A stretch of 63,483 nucleotides of DNA, the filler included, from Dimargaris cristalligena (lineage: Eukaryota): NCBI GenBank assembly GCA_003614675.1. It is 3 parts of 3 records of this genome, joined end to end, with 100 filler letters (N's around TTAATTAATTAA, not from the genome) between each part and the next. Parts side by side here need not be neighbours in the genome. Positions count along the whole stretch, not along the records: positions 1 to 21,100 come from ML002672.1; positions 21,201 to 42,293 come from ML002673.1; 1 more part is not named here. One strand, written 5' to 3'. The translations under genes and the position numbers were made by a program. Positions 13,830 to 25,600 of the stretch are shown here, in pieces. The notes under the pieces are model-generated. The model saw only the letters and a program-made list of their open reading frames with translations, did no database searches and had not been told where the DNA came from. Positions within the stretch are counted from its first letter, which is position 1. Every line of letters starts with the position of its first letter.

Positions 13830-16240
13830 TTTGGGATTAGTGGGCGAAACGAAACTGGCTGGGCTTAATTTAAGATGAATGAAAACCTAATGTATCGATA
13901 TCGATATCTATGCAATAAATTGAATGCGCCTTCTAGACGGCTATACCTTAGATAATAGGACCGCCCGCGGACAATATATAGAAAATGAAGAAATATTCAG
14001 TGGTCGAAAGTACGAGTGGCTGAGGCGAGGAAAAAATTAGAACATCTATTAAATGCGTTTAAATAAAAATAGGTAAAGTCAACCATGTAGAAAGAGAGGA
14101 ACAGTTGACGTATAAGTTGCTTAGCTAGTTGGGGACTTATTGGACATAGGCTTGTTAATATATGAACTCCTATGACGCTAGTCCAATTTTGCAGACGAAC
14201 AAGTCAAGGGTGTTTAGCTTAGAGTATGTTAATTCTTCAATGATATTGGTGTATATCGACCTATCCGGGCTACACATTTTGCCCCCGTATATTTTATTAG
14301 TTAATCTATTTGAGAATACCAATTTTTCGGGGTCGTTTCCTTCAAAGTAGATCGACGACCAAATGCCCGCTCACAGTAAAGGAACTTCGGTCCGATCTGA
14401 CGGTGATGTTGGGGGCTAATCCCGCTAATAACCTAAGCGAGATGTCTATATCTTGAATAGGGCTATATTGTTGAGAAACTAGGCAACGGGAATTAAACCA
14501 CCTGTTTAGCGATGATTTTTTTGGATACACTGAATACCAAAACACCGTGAGACTGTAAGTTTAGCTATAAATTCATATAAATTTGCAAAATGGTATGCAG
14601 GCCGCAGATATTCCGAAGCAAACTGCTAGTAATGCTAGTTCATCCGAACATTTAAGCGGCTTGCCAACGTCTACCACGTCCTATTTCGGCGATTGGCCAA
14701 TTTGGGGCCTTATTTTGCTGATCAAAGAATAATATCAGGTGAATGATAAAAAAAAAATCCGGCCGGTTAATCCTAACCCATAAATTCGGATTATCAGCTT
14801 TCCCTATTAAATTGACAGTCTTGGTTAGATTCATCTTTGCGAACATTAGGTAGCGAATTGCCTCGGGTAGGATTGGCATAGTATGGGGTGAATGAGCGCT
14901 AGGGTAGCATAGAAATAGTATATTATAGACGCAATATGCAACCCCAGTTATCTAGCAACCAAACATATTGGACTTCCAAACTCTCCGCCATTCAATAGAA
15001 ATACTCCGTTGAATATGCCAGAATGGTTACGCATGGTGCCATGGATGCTGTATAATCTATTATACCTTGAACTAATACATTAACAGGGCACCGATATCCC
15101 CCCCCCCTCTGGAAAAGTTGAACTCAATTTGCTTTACTAAGTTTCCCCGAAGAGCTGTTTCCAAGCCCCAATGCACTTTGCTAGTTTGGCATTTGTTTAA
15201 AGGGGCGGTTGGTCTGTGATGGTCTGGCGTAGCAGCTATGCTCATTTCTAATCCAGGCCTCAGAATTAGCTTTCCTCATATCTAGAATTACCGCTATTAA
15301 CACCAACTACATACATTGCAATACCCCCATGTATACCATGGGCAATCCTTATCCAAACGAGCACACGTCACGTGGATCCATGCAAAAATGGGAAGGTTTA
15401 TCAACCAGGAGATGCGGCGAGGTGGTCACAAGTGGCAACAATGCTGGGAAGAAGACACATCTAGGCTCCCACCGGTTTTCCTTCTTCCTGCCCAAACGTG
15501 CCTTCATTACAAAACCGCGCTTATCTCTAACTGCCTCTTGGCGAGCGGGTTAACGCTCAGCTAGAGGCCCTGGTCTCAATCCCTTGGCAGAATCAGAGAC
15601 TGCCCCATTGCCAAGTGTGTGCATTCTTTAGGGTAGATAATTACCAAAGAGGTTTTGATTTATATGCTTGCTACCGCCAGAGACACGGTAAAAAGTAGTT
15701 TCGAACGTAAGGCATATCCGCCCTAACAATTTTTTATATAATGTTCTCAACCCAACATCGCATTGCCGGTTAATTCTAATAAGGATTGAAATACCATTCC
15801 CATGGCAGCTGATGAACTGCCCAGCTACACGAAGGGTAATGGATTCTTTCAGCATTGTGTCCACCAGTGGATATTCTATGTGGAATGACCCATCTGATTA
15901 TAGAAAGTGTTGACCTGTAGGAACCATAGTGGTCTTCGGTTTCCATATTCAAGCATTACTACACAAATATGTACGTTTATGCATGGTATAAATGGCCACA
16001 GCCCTCCACATGCAAGCCATTTTTTGTATGTTAAAAGGGGAATCCCTTGATTTTGTCAGTAATCAAATTGGCAACTACGTGGTCAATAATTGATTACAAG
16101 CCCAGGTCAGGGGCGGGGCGACCTTTGGATAAGCAGCAGTGCCTACCATTGCCCACTGTTGTCCAACCTATCTGGGCGGCCGCTAAATATACCCTGCCTA
16201 TTCGGTGTTAATGATAAGATAGACAATTCATACATATTTT

Positions 16241-16943
16241 TCAATTGGTACGGAGTGGTGGTATATTTTTATTCGCAATGCCCCAGTGGTGAAAGAATTC
16301 AACTAATATCGGTTGGTTTCCTACAGCAGTGGTCGCTGATTGAGAACACAGATCCACCGATTGGGCCAATTGTTCTATTTGTTCGGGTACTACCAATGCC
16401 TTGTCTTTAGAAACATCTCTCCTGAATACTGGACAAACCAATCAAAGGAACTTTACGTAGCCTGGCGAACCAGCATTGAGGACCCGGCGGGGGTCGGTGA
16501 CATCCCAAAGTAAACAACTACGGGTTGTTTGTAGTCATCAAGGCATGTATTGTAGCCGACCACTCCAAATGGGCCACCGTGGTTATTCTAGAATGATGGT
16601 TCATCTTCCTTGTTATTTTTATTATTATTTATGTCAACAATTCGACTCTTATTTTTATTGTTGACAATTCGTCTTCCTTGGGCCAGCCCTTGAATAGATC
16701 TGCGTATGTGCACTGGCTTCGACCAGTGTGTTGAAGCTGGAAGTTGATGTGTCGTGCACGGTCGATCTGTACGGACAGCCCATTCGTATACGTCCAACGC
16801 CCCACTAAACGCAACGACCATGCCACTCTGCAGCCGACATCGAGTATATGAAGTGGAAGAGGTGCACCTATTTGGTTGGAATGGCGCCCCCCACTGGCTC
16901 TGGACTTTCGTAGATTCATGAGTATCCCCTTCCGGAAATCCAT
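16241..16943 (-). pseudogene. Probable decayed class I SAM-dependent methyltransferase (LaeA/TAM-like)
   Basis: Fragments in several frames: APLPLHILDVGC..W (motif I), YADLFKGWPKEDE (cf. ADVLKGLPFEDN) and RIT..AHLEWV (cf. RVLKPGGYLEWVE), interrupted by stops and frameshifts. Confidence 0.45.
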
Positions 16944-18214
16944 TTATTTCCAACTGTCCCCAGTGGGCGATCCCCTTCCATTTTCTTTATACCCTTTGCC
17001 AAATTATATATAGGTGATTGACTTATAATTAGTCTCACCTCAGCGGCAATCCCACGACTGTTTACGGGTCCACCAAATCCCCAACTAACACAGGCCGATG
17101 GAATAGATTTAGGGTGGGTGGGTGTGCCTTTTTATTTTGTTTTAATTGAAAGCCTTCGAGTTGCTGCCCAAGCATATGTATACTGTATGACGTTGGGCCG
17201 CCATTATAGAGGCTATATAGTATGTCATATACACATGGCCTTGGTTTACCTATAGGGGCACAGTATGGCTAAGCGGCAGGCTGATGAAAATAAGGGAGGC
17301 CGTCGAAACTGAGAAGGAGGTAATCGTACTTCCGCCTTGGAAGATTTCGAAGGCGGACGGAGTGTAACAAAGTAGCTAAGTAGAAGGGGGGCAGTTAATT
17401 CACTCCGCATGCCGCCTCCCTGTCCCCATAGTGGAGACTATTCGCGTAAAGAACACTGCACCCGTGCCATTTTTATAAACTGAATCAGTGTCCGTGGCCA
17501 ATTGTCCTTATGGAGTTCCATTTCAGCGGCTGTGAGAGAATGTGAGTGGGAAAACCCTTTGGGGTACCAGAAGGATTCTCCTAGCCAAACACCCTCAAGA
17601 CTCTACGGGGATTCCAGATATATGTATTGACCAGCTGCCTTTTTATTCTCCCCCGCACACCAGCCTGGCCGTTCTTCAGTCTTTGTGCTTTTTGTTTAAC
17701 TTTCTTCAGCTATTTGCCTATTCTAAATACTACCCGTGTGGCCGTCTGGTTCTCTTTCGCCCTCTTTACTGTTATGTCCCCAAGAATATTTTACTTACCT
17801 TTAACTAATTGTCAACTGCTCCTATTTACCTGAAAGCCGTGTCTGTCCTATTTATTTTTACTCGCCCGTTCCTCGCGTTTCGGTTACTATTGCTGGCCTT
17901 ATATGACCTTCTCCCGCACCCCGAAGTACGTGTCCGTTAAAGCCACTGACTGCTTGCTAGTCTGAAGAGCCCTCCTGTTATCCATCGCTTGTGCCCTCCG
18001 GTGGTTGCGCAACTGCCCCCGAGTCTTACGAAACGTATAGAATTTATACCCCGCTTCAAGCCGTTCGCGAGCCCGTAGCTATACCCGTTATTCAGCCTTG
18101 TTTTGCGGCCTATACCTGCTGACGATAACGTTCTTGGCGTCTTTGCCTAGCACTATTGGCACTCCCTCCCCCTTGCATATCCCTCACTGCTCTCTCTCAC
18201 CCCCCACAAGCCAC

Positions 18215-20176
18215 ATGATGCGTCTCACAGCCTGGACACTTCTAGGCTCCCTGGTGAGTCTCGGCCAGGCTGTCAGTGTGCCCCCACGCCAGGGACACCG
18301 GTCCGCTATCCTTGACGACAAGTTGTACATTATCAGTGGTAAACAGGGCACCGGCTACAACCAGTCCGACTTTCACAACACCTCCCTAGCCCTCGACCTA
18401 TCGAAGCGATTCGATGTCAGTGACCCACCCTGGGACCTATCCGCCGTGACTTCCGATGGCATGCCCCGAGTGGGAGCCCCGACCGTAACCGCCACGAAAG
18501 CCCGGGGATCACCCGAGCTGTTTGTGTTTGGTGGGTCGTCCTATAACGCTGTAGAACGACAAAAACCGGTTCTTCAAGTTTTCAACATTAAAGAAAATTC
18601 GTGGTCGGCCTTAGAATTGGCTAGTGCCCCTCCCCGACGGTTCGAACACACCGCAGTAACCATTAACAATGGTAATCAGGCCCTGGTCTACGGCGGTATC
18701 CTAAACGCGGTGACCGGGACGGACGGCCAAGGAGTTGGCGATGAATTGTACCAACTTAACATCGCGGAGTCCCGGTGGCAGACCTACTCCCGGGGTCTGA
18801 ACTACCCGAGTAACCTGATGCACCATACTGCCGTCATGCTGAATTCCTCCCACATGGCTGTCTTTGGTGGTCTACAAACCACCGACTTGAGTGACATTAG
18901 CACTATCCACCTCTTCGATATGGTCAAGCGTACGTGGTCGATTCAGAACGTGGGTGGCACCGCCCCCGAAAATATCCGCTCCGCTACGGCCGTGGTCTTC
19001 AAGAAGCAAGTCATTATTTTCGGAGGTACCACCCGGAACTGGGATAAATTGTACGACCGCTTGCTGATTATTGACATGCGCACCCCCGAGTGGACCTGGT
19101 CCTCCAAACTCATTGCTGATGCTCCCGCGCCCCGCTACGCCCACACGGCCGAACTGGTGGGTAAATACATGATCATCACATTCGGCTACACCGAGTTCTC
19201 CCCCGTAAACTTCACGGCCGACAACCGCATCTATGTGATGGATGTCGATAATTTTACCATGGTCGATACGTTTGACCCTGTTGAGGCCCGCAACTTCACC
19301 CCCCTGTCGGATGAGGAGGAGGAGCAAACGACGGGTCTGGAAGGTGGGGCCATTGCTGGAATTGTCATTGGCTGTGTAGCATTCCTAGCGCTTATCGCCG
19401 GCTTGGTGGTGTTTTTGATATTCCGGCGTAAACGGCGTGACAACGACAGCGGCTACTACTACAGCCAAGGTGTCAACCCGTTCAAGCGTGGCACGTCCTA
19501 CAGTACCAACTCCCACTCCAACGGACCATCCACCGTTGTGGACCACGGCCGGGATCCGGGCCAAACCCTGACGGCCGCAACCTTCAACCCGAACCGGATG
19601 GACTTGGACGGCAATCCCCAGTCAGCCGCCTCCGTCTCCGTTGCAGCCGCTGGTAATCGCTACCCCCCCATGCTACACGCATTCCTTAAAGCCGACGGGG
19701 ATAATCGCGCGAATTCGGGTTATTACAGCGATGTGCCCCCTATTGTTACCACCCCGACCAACACTACCGTCCCCACGGAGTATCGCAGCAGCGGCCTCAG
19801 CCAAGATTTTGGTCTAGGTGGTGGCCCCGAACGGCTATCCATCCCTTCGCGCTCTAGCGCCATGGCGGGGCCCGGGGGACCCATCTCGGAAAGTATGACA
19901 AATTGGCAAGTACCTGATGGGTTCGGCTCGCCCGTTGATACCTCGCCCATCCGGGTATCCCATTTCCGGTCCAGTTCGGACGGTACCGATCCCGAGAATT
20001 TGCTCGAGGGTATGGAGGTCCAGACCGTGGTTGTACGCCGCAATAAACTCTTCGTGGTGAATTCGGAGGACGTTGAGGAAAAGGATGGACCACGGGGAAT
20101 GCCCCATTTGGTAACAACCTCATCCCCCCCGGCTAGTCCTACACTACCGCCACCCAAGTCCCCGGGAAGTAGTTAA
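18215..20176 (+). CDS. Type I membrane protein with extracellular Kelch beta-propeller and Ser/Pro-rich cytoplasmic tail
   Basis: Signal peptide MMRLTAWTLLGSLVSLGQA (ATG 18215), about six Kelch repeats (PPRQGH, FVFGG, VYGG, VFGG, IFGG, APRYAH), TM GAIAGIVIG...LIF followed by RRKRR. Confidence 0.88.
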   Translation: MMRLTAWTLLGSLVSLGQAVSVPPRQGHRSAILDDKLYIISGKQGTGYNQSDFHNTSLALDLSKRFDVSDPPWDLSAVTSDGMPRVGAPTVTATKARGSPELFVFGGSSYNAVERQKPVLQVFNIKENSWSALELASAPPRRFEHTAVTINNGNQALVYGGILNAVTGTDGQGVGDELYQLNIAESRWQTYSRGLNYPSNLMHHTAVMLNSSHMAVFGGLQTTDLSDISTIHLFDMVKRTWSIQNVGGTAPENIRSATAVVFKKQVIIFGGTTRNWDKLYDRLLIIDMRTPEWTWSSKLIADAPAPRYAHTAELVGKYMIITFGYTEFSPVNFTADNRIYVMDVDNFTMVDTFDPVEARNFTPLSDEEEEQTTGLEGGAIAGIVIGCVAFLALIAGLVVFLIFRRKRRDNDSGYYYSQGVNPFKRGTSYSTNSHSNGPSTVVDHGRDPGQTLTAATFNPNRMDLDGNPQSAASVSVAAAGNRYPPMLHAFLKADGDNRANSGYYSDVPPIVTTPTNTTVPTEYRSSGLSQDFGLGGGPERLSIPSRSSAMAGPGGPISESMTNWQVPDGFGSPVDTSPIRVSHFRSSSDGTDPENLLEGMEVQTVVVRRNKLFVVNSEDVEEKDGPRGMPHLVTTSSPPASPTLPPPKSPGSS

Positions 20177-20777
20177 TTGGTGCTGGGCCCGCTGGATGTG
20201 ATTTTTATGTTAACCCCTTAATGGCTCTTTTATTCGTTTGTTTGTTTGTTTTTTAACCGCGACGTGCTCCCCTTACGGGGGAAGTTGATGGTATCTTAGC
20301 CAATACTAGTAGTTAATACCGCTTTGCCTTTCACTAATTATCTCTACGGTGCCTTTTAGTTTTGTTTTTGTATCAGGGTTTTTTTCCGCAATTATTATGA
20401 CCTAGCCAACTGACTAATCCACACGTCTTTGGCGATATTTTGAAAGTGGCCTTCTTTATCAGTCTCTATTATTATTAATATTCTTAGCTATGTTTGCTTT
20501 CTATCTCCCTAATTTCTTGAATGTCACTTTTAAATAATACTAGCTAAAAGAATGGCTGTCCGCCTTTATTAATATATACCGACCAACTAAAATACTGTTG
20601 GAATGGTAAATTCGATGGTAAACCCAAGTGCCTTCGGATACAACTATAGAAAATTTAAAGAGGAGAGAAAGAACCACAAGGGGCCAAGCTAGATGCCCGC
20701 GGCTGGTTTTATTGGGTTGGAAATAGCAGTAATGATGATTAGGACGAAGTTCCGAGTATAGGAAGATATAATTATAG

Positions 20778-20921
20778 ATATGGGTGGAATTCAGTGCAGC
20801 TGTATAAGGTTTTGGATGATATGTGTACAGGCAAATATATGAGAGATCCATTATTAACCAGTGGCTTTGGCCTCATCCAACGGATTTATTGTTATACAGC
20901 CAGGTTGAACCTTTCCCATAT
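20778..20921. mobile_element. 144-bp MITE, copy 1
   Basis: ~30-bp imperfect terminal inverted repeats (ATATGGGTGGAATTCA...GCTGTATAA / TTATACAGC...TGAACCTTTCCCATAT), TA flanks, and two homologues of the same length in the window. Confidence 0.8.
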
Positions 20922-21100
20922 AGTATAGTCTCGAGTATAGGACGAACCAATGAGAGAGGTAGAATCGGTAGGACGGGGGAAATGAATTTCCAACAAATAC
21001 CATATGATAGGGATGAATTCCATAACTGTATGATGGTGGTTGTAGTGAACTTACCACATTTTTTACCTACTTTTATTTTTTATCTATTTTTTGCACTTAT

Positions 21101-21200
21101 NNNNNNNNNNNNNNNNNNNNNNNNNNNNNNNNNNNNNNNNNNNNTTAATTAATTAANNNNNNNNNNNNNNNNNNNNNNNNNNNNNNNNNNNNNNNNNNNN
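21101..21200. other. Artificial scaffold spacer (N44-TTAATTAATTAA-N44)
   Basis: Six-frame stop linker embedded in Ns, identical in layout to 42294-42393. Confidence 0.95.
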
Positions 21201-21284
21201 TAACACATATCTGTTAATGTCACCTAACATGACCATCAGTCCCATTCCTATTCACCCCTGCCCCTGACCAACCTCTCTTCGCAG

Positions 21285-22682
21285 CGCCCTCTGGTCCTGC
21301 CTTCCCCCATCGCCAACCTTACCAATAACATGTCCAGCAAGCTATTTCTTACCCGCAGCCCCCGGAAGCCCCCCCGGCGGAGCCTGCTGGACTGCCTGAC
21401 TGGTTCACAGTGCCTCGAGCCATTGGAGGACACCTTTATTAAGCGCCAGCGCATGACCCCGCCCAACTGCGACAGTCCGCTTTCGGTGACCGCCCGGTTT
21501 AGCCGCATCTACTCCCCTACCGCCCGGGTGTCCTCGCTACCCTGCGTGCCCGCCCCCCCCACCACCGTCCTCCCCACCGATTCCACTTCGTCGTCCTTTG
21601 CCTCCAACCGGGCCATCAATGCCCGCAAGCCGCCCGTCGGCCGCGTGCTGGCCCGGTGCCGCCCCACCCAGCGGCCCGCCGACCTGTCCCTGGCTTCGTA
21701 TTCGCTTAAGCGGGCCATGACCATGAGCTGCTTGCCCAGCCCTGTGGAACCCCCCTCCCCCGGACTGACTTTGTCCGTCCCTGCTGATCAGCCCCATCGT
21801 CCCTCTTCGACTCCCCCTTCCCCCATGGCCCTGGGCAGTCGCAGCACCAGCCCCGTCGCCGCCCCCGCCCGGATCGCCTCCCATCGGGCCCACGCTTTCT
21901 CGGAACCCCCCGAAGAAGTTCTCGACCTGGCCTCGCCCATGAGCCCCTGCCACCCCAATGCCCTTCTGAAGCGGACCCGCAGTTTCTCCCAGACCACCGG
22001 TGGGGCCGCCCTGGTGGACGCTTTGGCCGCCGAGGACCTGGATTGCCAGTCCTCCCCTGCTACTGCTCCCCAGGCTGCGCCAGTCGCCACTTCCCCGACC
22101 AAGCCCTACGGGTGCCAGATTCTGCCCTGTCTGAGCACGAGCCGCGATCCCCTAAAGCGGATCACCACCGACACCATGGTGCAGGTGATGCACGGCCAGT
22201 TCCGTGATCGTTACGACGAGCTGCTCATCGTTGACTGCCGGTTCCCCTATGCCATCAACGTGACCTCGTCCGACGATCTGGACCTGCATTTCATGAACCA
22301 GCCCGTGACTGACAAGCGTCGCCTGGTGATTTTCCACTGCGAATACTCGTTGCACCGCGCCCCCAACATGGCCATGGCCCTCCGTAATAAGGACCGGCAG
22401 CTGAATGCCGTCAACTACCCCTACCTGCACTACCCCGAGGTGTACGTGCTCCAGGGGGGTTACCGCAACTTCTTCTACAGCAACCAGGCCCTCTGCTACC
22501 CCGAGAAGTACGTCGAAATGAACGATGCCGACCACCGGGAAGACTGCCGTAATCGCATGGCTTCCTTCAAACGAGGCTTCAAGCGCTCCAAGTCTTATAC
22601 CGAAGGCTTCCCTAGCCTCAGTCAACTCGGAAATGGTGGGGACCGCTCGCAACCTATTCGCCGTTCGGACTCCTGGCATTGA
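21285..22682 (+). CDS. cdc25: Cdc25/Mih1 M-phase inducer tyrosine phosphatase (last exon; upstream exon probably lost in the gap)
   Basis: Acceptor GCAG at 21284 in frame with SPIANLTNNMS. SP-rich regulatory region, then IVDCRFPY, active-site FHCEYSLHRAP, RNKDRQLN, YPYLHYPEVYVLQGGY and YVEM. Confidence 0.9.
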   Translation, partial: RPLVLPSPIANLTNNMSSKLFLTRSPRKPPRRSLLDCLTGSQCLEPLEDTFIKRQRMTPPNCDSPLSVTARFSRIYSPTARVSSLPCVPAPPTTVLPTDSTSSSFASNRAINARKPPVGRVLARCRPTQRPADLSLASYSLKRAMTMSCLPSPVEPPSPGLTLSVPADQPHRPSSTPPSPMALGSRSTSPVAAPARIASHRAHAFSEPPEEVLDLASPMSPCHPNALLKRTRSFSQTTGGAALVDALAAEDLDCQSSPATAPQAAPVATSPTKPYGCQILPCLSTSRDPLKRITTDTMVQVMHGQFRDRYDELLIVDCRFPYAINVTSSDDLDLHFMNQPVTDKRRLVIFHCEYSLHRAPNMAMALRNKDRQLNAVNYPYLHYPEVYVLQGGYRNFFYSNQALCYPEKYVEMNDADHREDCRNRMASFKRGFKRSKSYTEGFPSLSQLGNGGDRSQPIRRSDSWH

Positions 22683-25600
22683 TGGTATACCGGTGTCATT
22701 ATCATTTTATATTCCGACCAATATTACACACTTATATTCGCACTTGCTTGATTAATATTTTTTTTTCAGTATTTGTTTCTTGCGATTGACCCCCCGTACA
22801 CCCCACCCTCTTTACCTACCCGGTAACCCTAGATATAACCTCATTTATAAATAATGTATTTTTATAACCCCCGAAACCCCTCAGTTCCCTTATTTTTTTC
22901 TCGTATCAGTAAGGAGTATTTCCAGTACCTCTTTTCTTATGGAGACTTTTAATGGGAGTAAATCTGTGCTTTAATGGTAATTGCGAATTCTTTCAGTATT
23001 CTTACCATCTCTTTGCCTTCAGCTTCTCGACCAATTAAGGATCTTCAGAGATTCACGTACCAAACCGGTACTGGTTAGACAATGACTTTAGCACCCTTAA
23101 TCAGTGTATCTGGATATAGGTTGTTCACCAATAAATACCAGAACCCAACCTCGTGCGTGTTGACCAACTGAATTTGTGTTTATGATGGTTTTATTTCCTT
23201 CCTCCCTGCGTATTGCCGTAATCACTAAGCCCAAATATATATCCGTGAAGATATAATGCCAGAATTGACGATGATCGGCTGTACCGTCTGGGGTTACGTC
23301 TGACTGGAGAGCATTTCCATCAACTTACTGGAATACCACTTTATTCCTAATTTCCACCTCTGTTGCTTCCAATTATACTGAAGCATATGTACTCTACTCT
23401 ATAACCTTGGAGAATCATCTTTTCCTTGAAGGTTTTTTTTTGTTCCCGGGCAATCTATATTGGCCACAGCCAACCGGCCATACTGTGATATATATATTAC
23501 TTGGGCGAGGCCTAGCGTTGCACTAGTAGTAGTAGGTCTAGTGGGCCTGAGTTGAATTTTACTGATAACTAACTATATATCCACTCATTGCCACCCTTCA
23601 TTCTAGTACCTGATCTATCAACTTATTAGGCGGTATTGTAAAAAAAAAAGTATATCCTTTTATGTTTATACAGCTTTATTACAACTCCGCTTGCCGCAAC
23701 TCCCCGGTAATCCCGCTGTCACTAAGATCTTAAAAACAAATAGTAATCAAACTACAGCAACAGCCTGCTCTTTTTTACCCCTATATACTGTGTCAAATTA
23801 GTCGATTAATTATTCTTGGCCGTCTCCAACAGGGGGGATCATCAGCTCCATCTCATTCACCAGATACTATACCCGATCTACACCACTAATGAGACCAGGG
23901 GTGCCACATAATCGATTAAACGAAGCAAAATAAAAACAATGCTACAAATATGAGTAGTTATAAGTGCTGCGGTAAATATACTATAAAATATATTAGGATT
24001 AAAGAGTAACAGATGAATACCAGTCAGGACTTGTCAAAGGCCACATTGGCTATAGTTCTTGGCAGAGTGCTACAGATAATCCGTATTGAATATCTTACTC
24101 TTTTAAAAAGTGGAATAACATACCTAATGCGAACTAGGTGACGGTTGGTCATAGTATAATCGACATCGTAGCATTCGAGCTTGCATACGAAAGTGGCCAG
24201 AATCCTGCGAACAAACCACAGCTGCCGTCCACCCATTGAAGCCCACATCGAATCCGTCATTCTTAATACTCACCAGTGTTTTTTGAGTACTTCGACAGTG
24301 GTTATCCTCTGATTCCTATGGTCTTTTCCATTATCTACCAACTGTTTTAGTACCCCCAAATCCAGATTGTCAGCGTCTTCTAGGCACCGTGTACCTGCTG
24401 GTCGGAAACCCTCCACTTCAATGTCCAAATGTCCTGAGAAGAAAGTCGAGGCCGTATCCCGCACTCACAAACCTAGTGCTCAATGGTGGATCGACCCAGC
24501 TCCACGAATTCAGCCACCATTTTTATAATAGCCGCAAGTTCCCTCGACGCTGCTATTGTGAGATAAATAAACGAAGATTAAAATCTATAGATTTTAAGAT
24601 AACAATATCCGTCAGGTGAAACTTGAACCCTCTACAGATGATATATATACTAGATATACTAGATATACTTTGCCCAATCCGAGGTCCTATTTTGAATGGC
24701 GCAAATATAAAATAATTATATACTTGGATTAAGACGATTCTTCCGCAATAATATCAAATCTTAGCAGCGGAGGATTGGTAAACCAGGACATTGTATAGCC
24801 TTGGATGAGGGGTTAGTGGCCCATTCCCGTAAATACCCCTTTATAAAATTACCAGATACTCGAAGTAGAAGCATTTCTATAATTTTTATACATTTTTCAA
24901 ATTAGGTTATCATGACAGCTACGCTATTTGTGACCTGGGGTCCCTATATTAATACATTTAAAGTTGACATTATCCATCCGCTACGCCTTACCACGTCAAA
25001 AATTAATGTGATAGGGTGTCGTATAAACAAATAACCGACTGAAGTGGCTGTATCTTCGAAATATCTTACAATAGAAATAAGTAACTTGGTAATTTTGGGA
25101 GGCTATTAAAGGCTCGTAGAAGATGTACTGAAGTCAGTAGTCAGATATATGGAAATATAAAGTGAACGCATAAGCTGTCGGAGTTACCAAATGGAAAGAG
25201 GACAGTACCTTTGGATATACAATCTGGATTCGATGAGAATTCTCGGCAGCACCCACTCTTAGCTGCAACCCCCTTCATCACAGAGTTTTAAGATGAAACA
25301 GAGGCCTAAAGGTGTAGTTTAAACATTCGGTAATTCTCGGATCAGTAATAAATTGTTAGGGTTTTGGTGTAATATCCGATGCATCAGGGCAATTGCTGCA
25401 ATATGCTGGGTGTGGTAATAAGCTTTTGACAACTCATTCTTGGTTAGTAGGAAATTTGGCCCAGTGAAATCTACCGATGCAAGGCCAATTCATTAAGCCC
25501 TTTTTTGTACTAACCGTGGCCCTGTGACCCACCTCCCTTGATTACAAAGGTGAGGTATCCTCCTCTAGAGTACTCTATTGGGTTCATAGTAACCGGGCAC

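Noticed and set aside
18098-18214. TTG-initiated N-terminal extension of the Kelch protein
   Set aside because: Eukaryotic gene; ATG 18215 directly begins a good signal peptide.
21145-21156. TTAATTAATTAA as a biological palindrome or PacI-like site
   Set aside because: Embedded symmetrically in Ns twice; it is a six-frame stop linker.
24024-24560. Same-frame minus-strand ORFs separated by one stop (possible pseudogene)
   Set aside because: No recognisable domain or codon bias, so a call cannot be supported.
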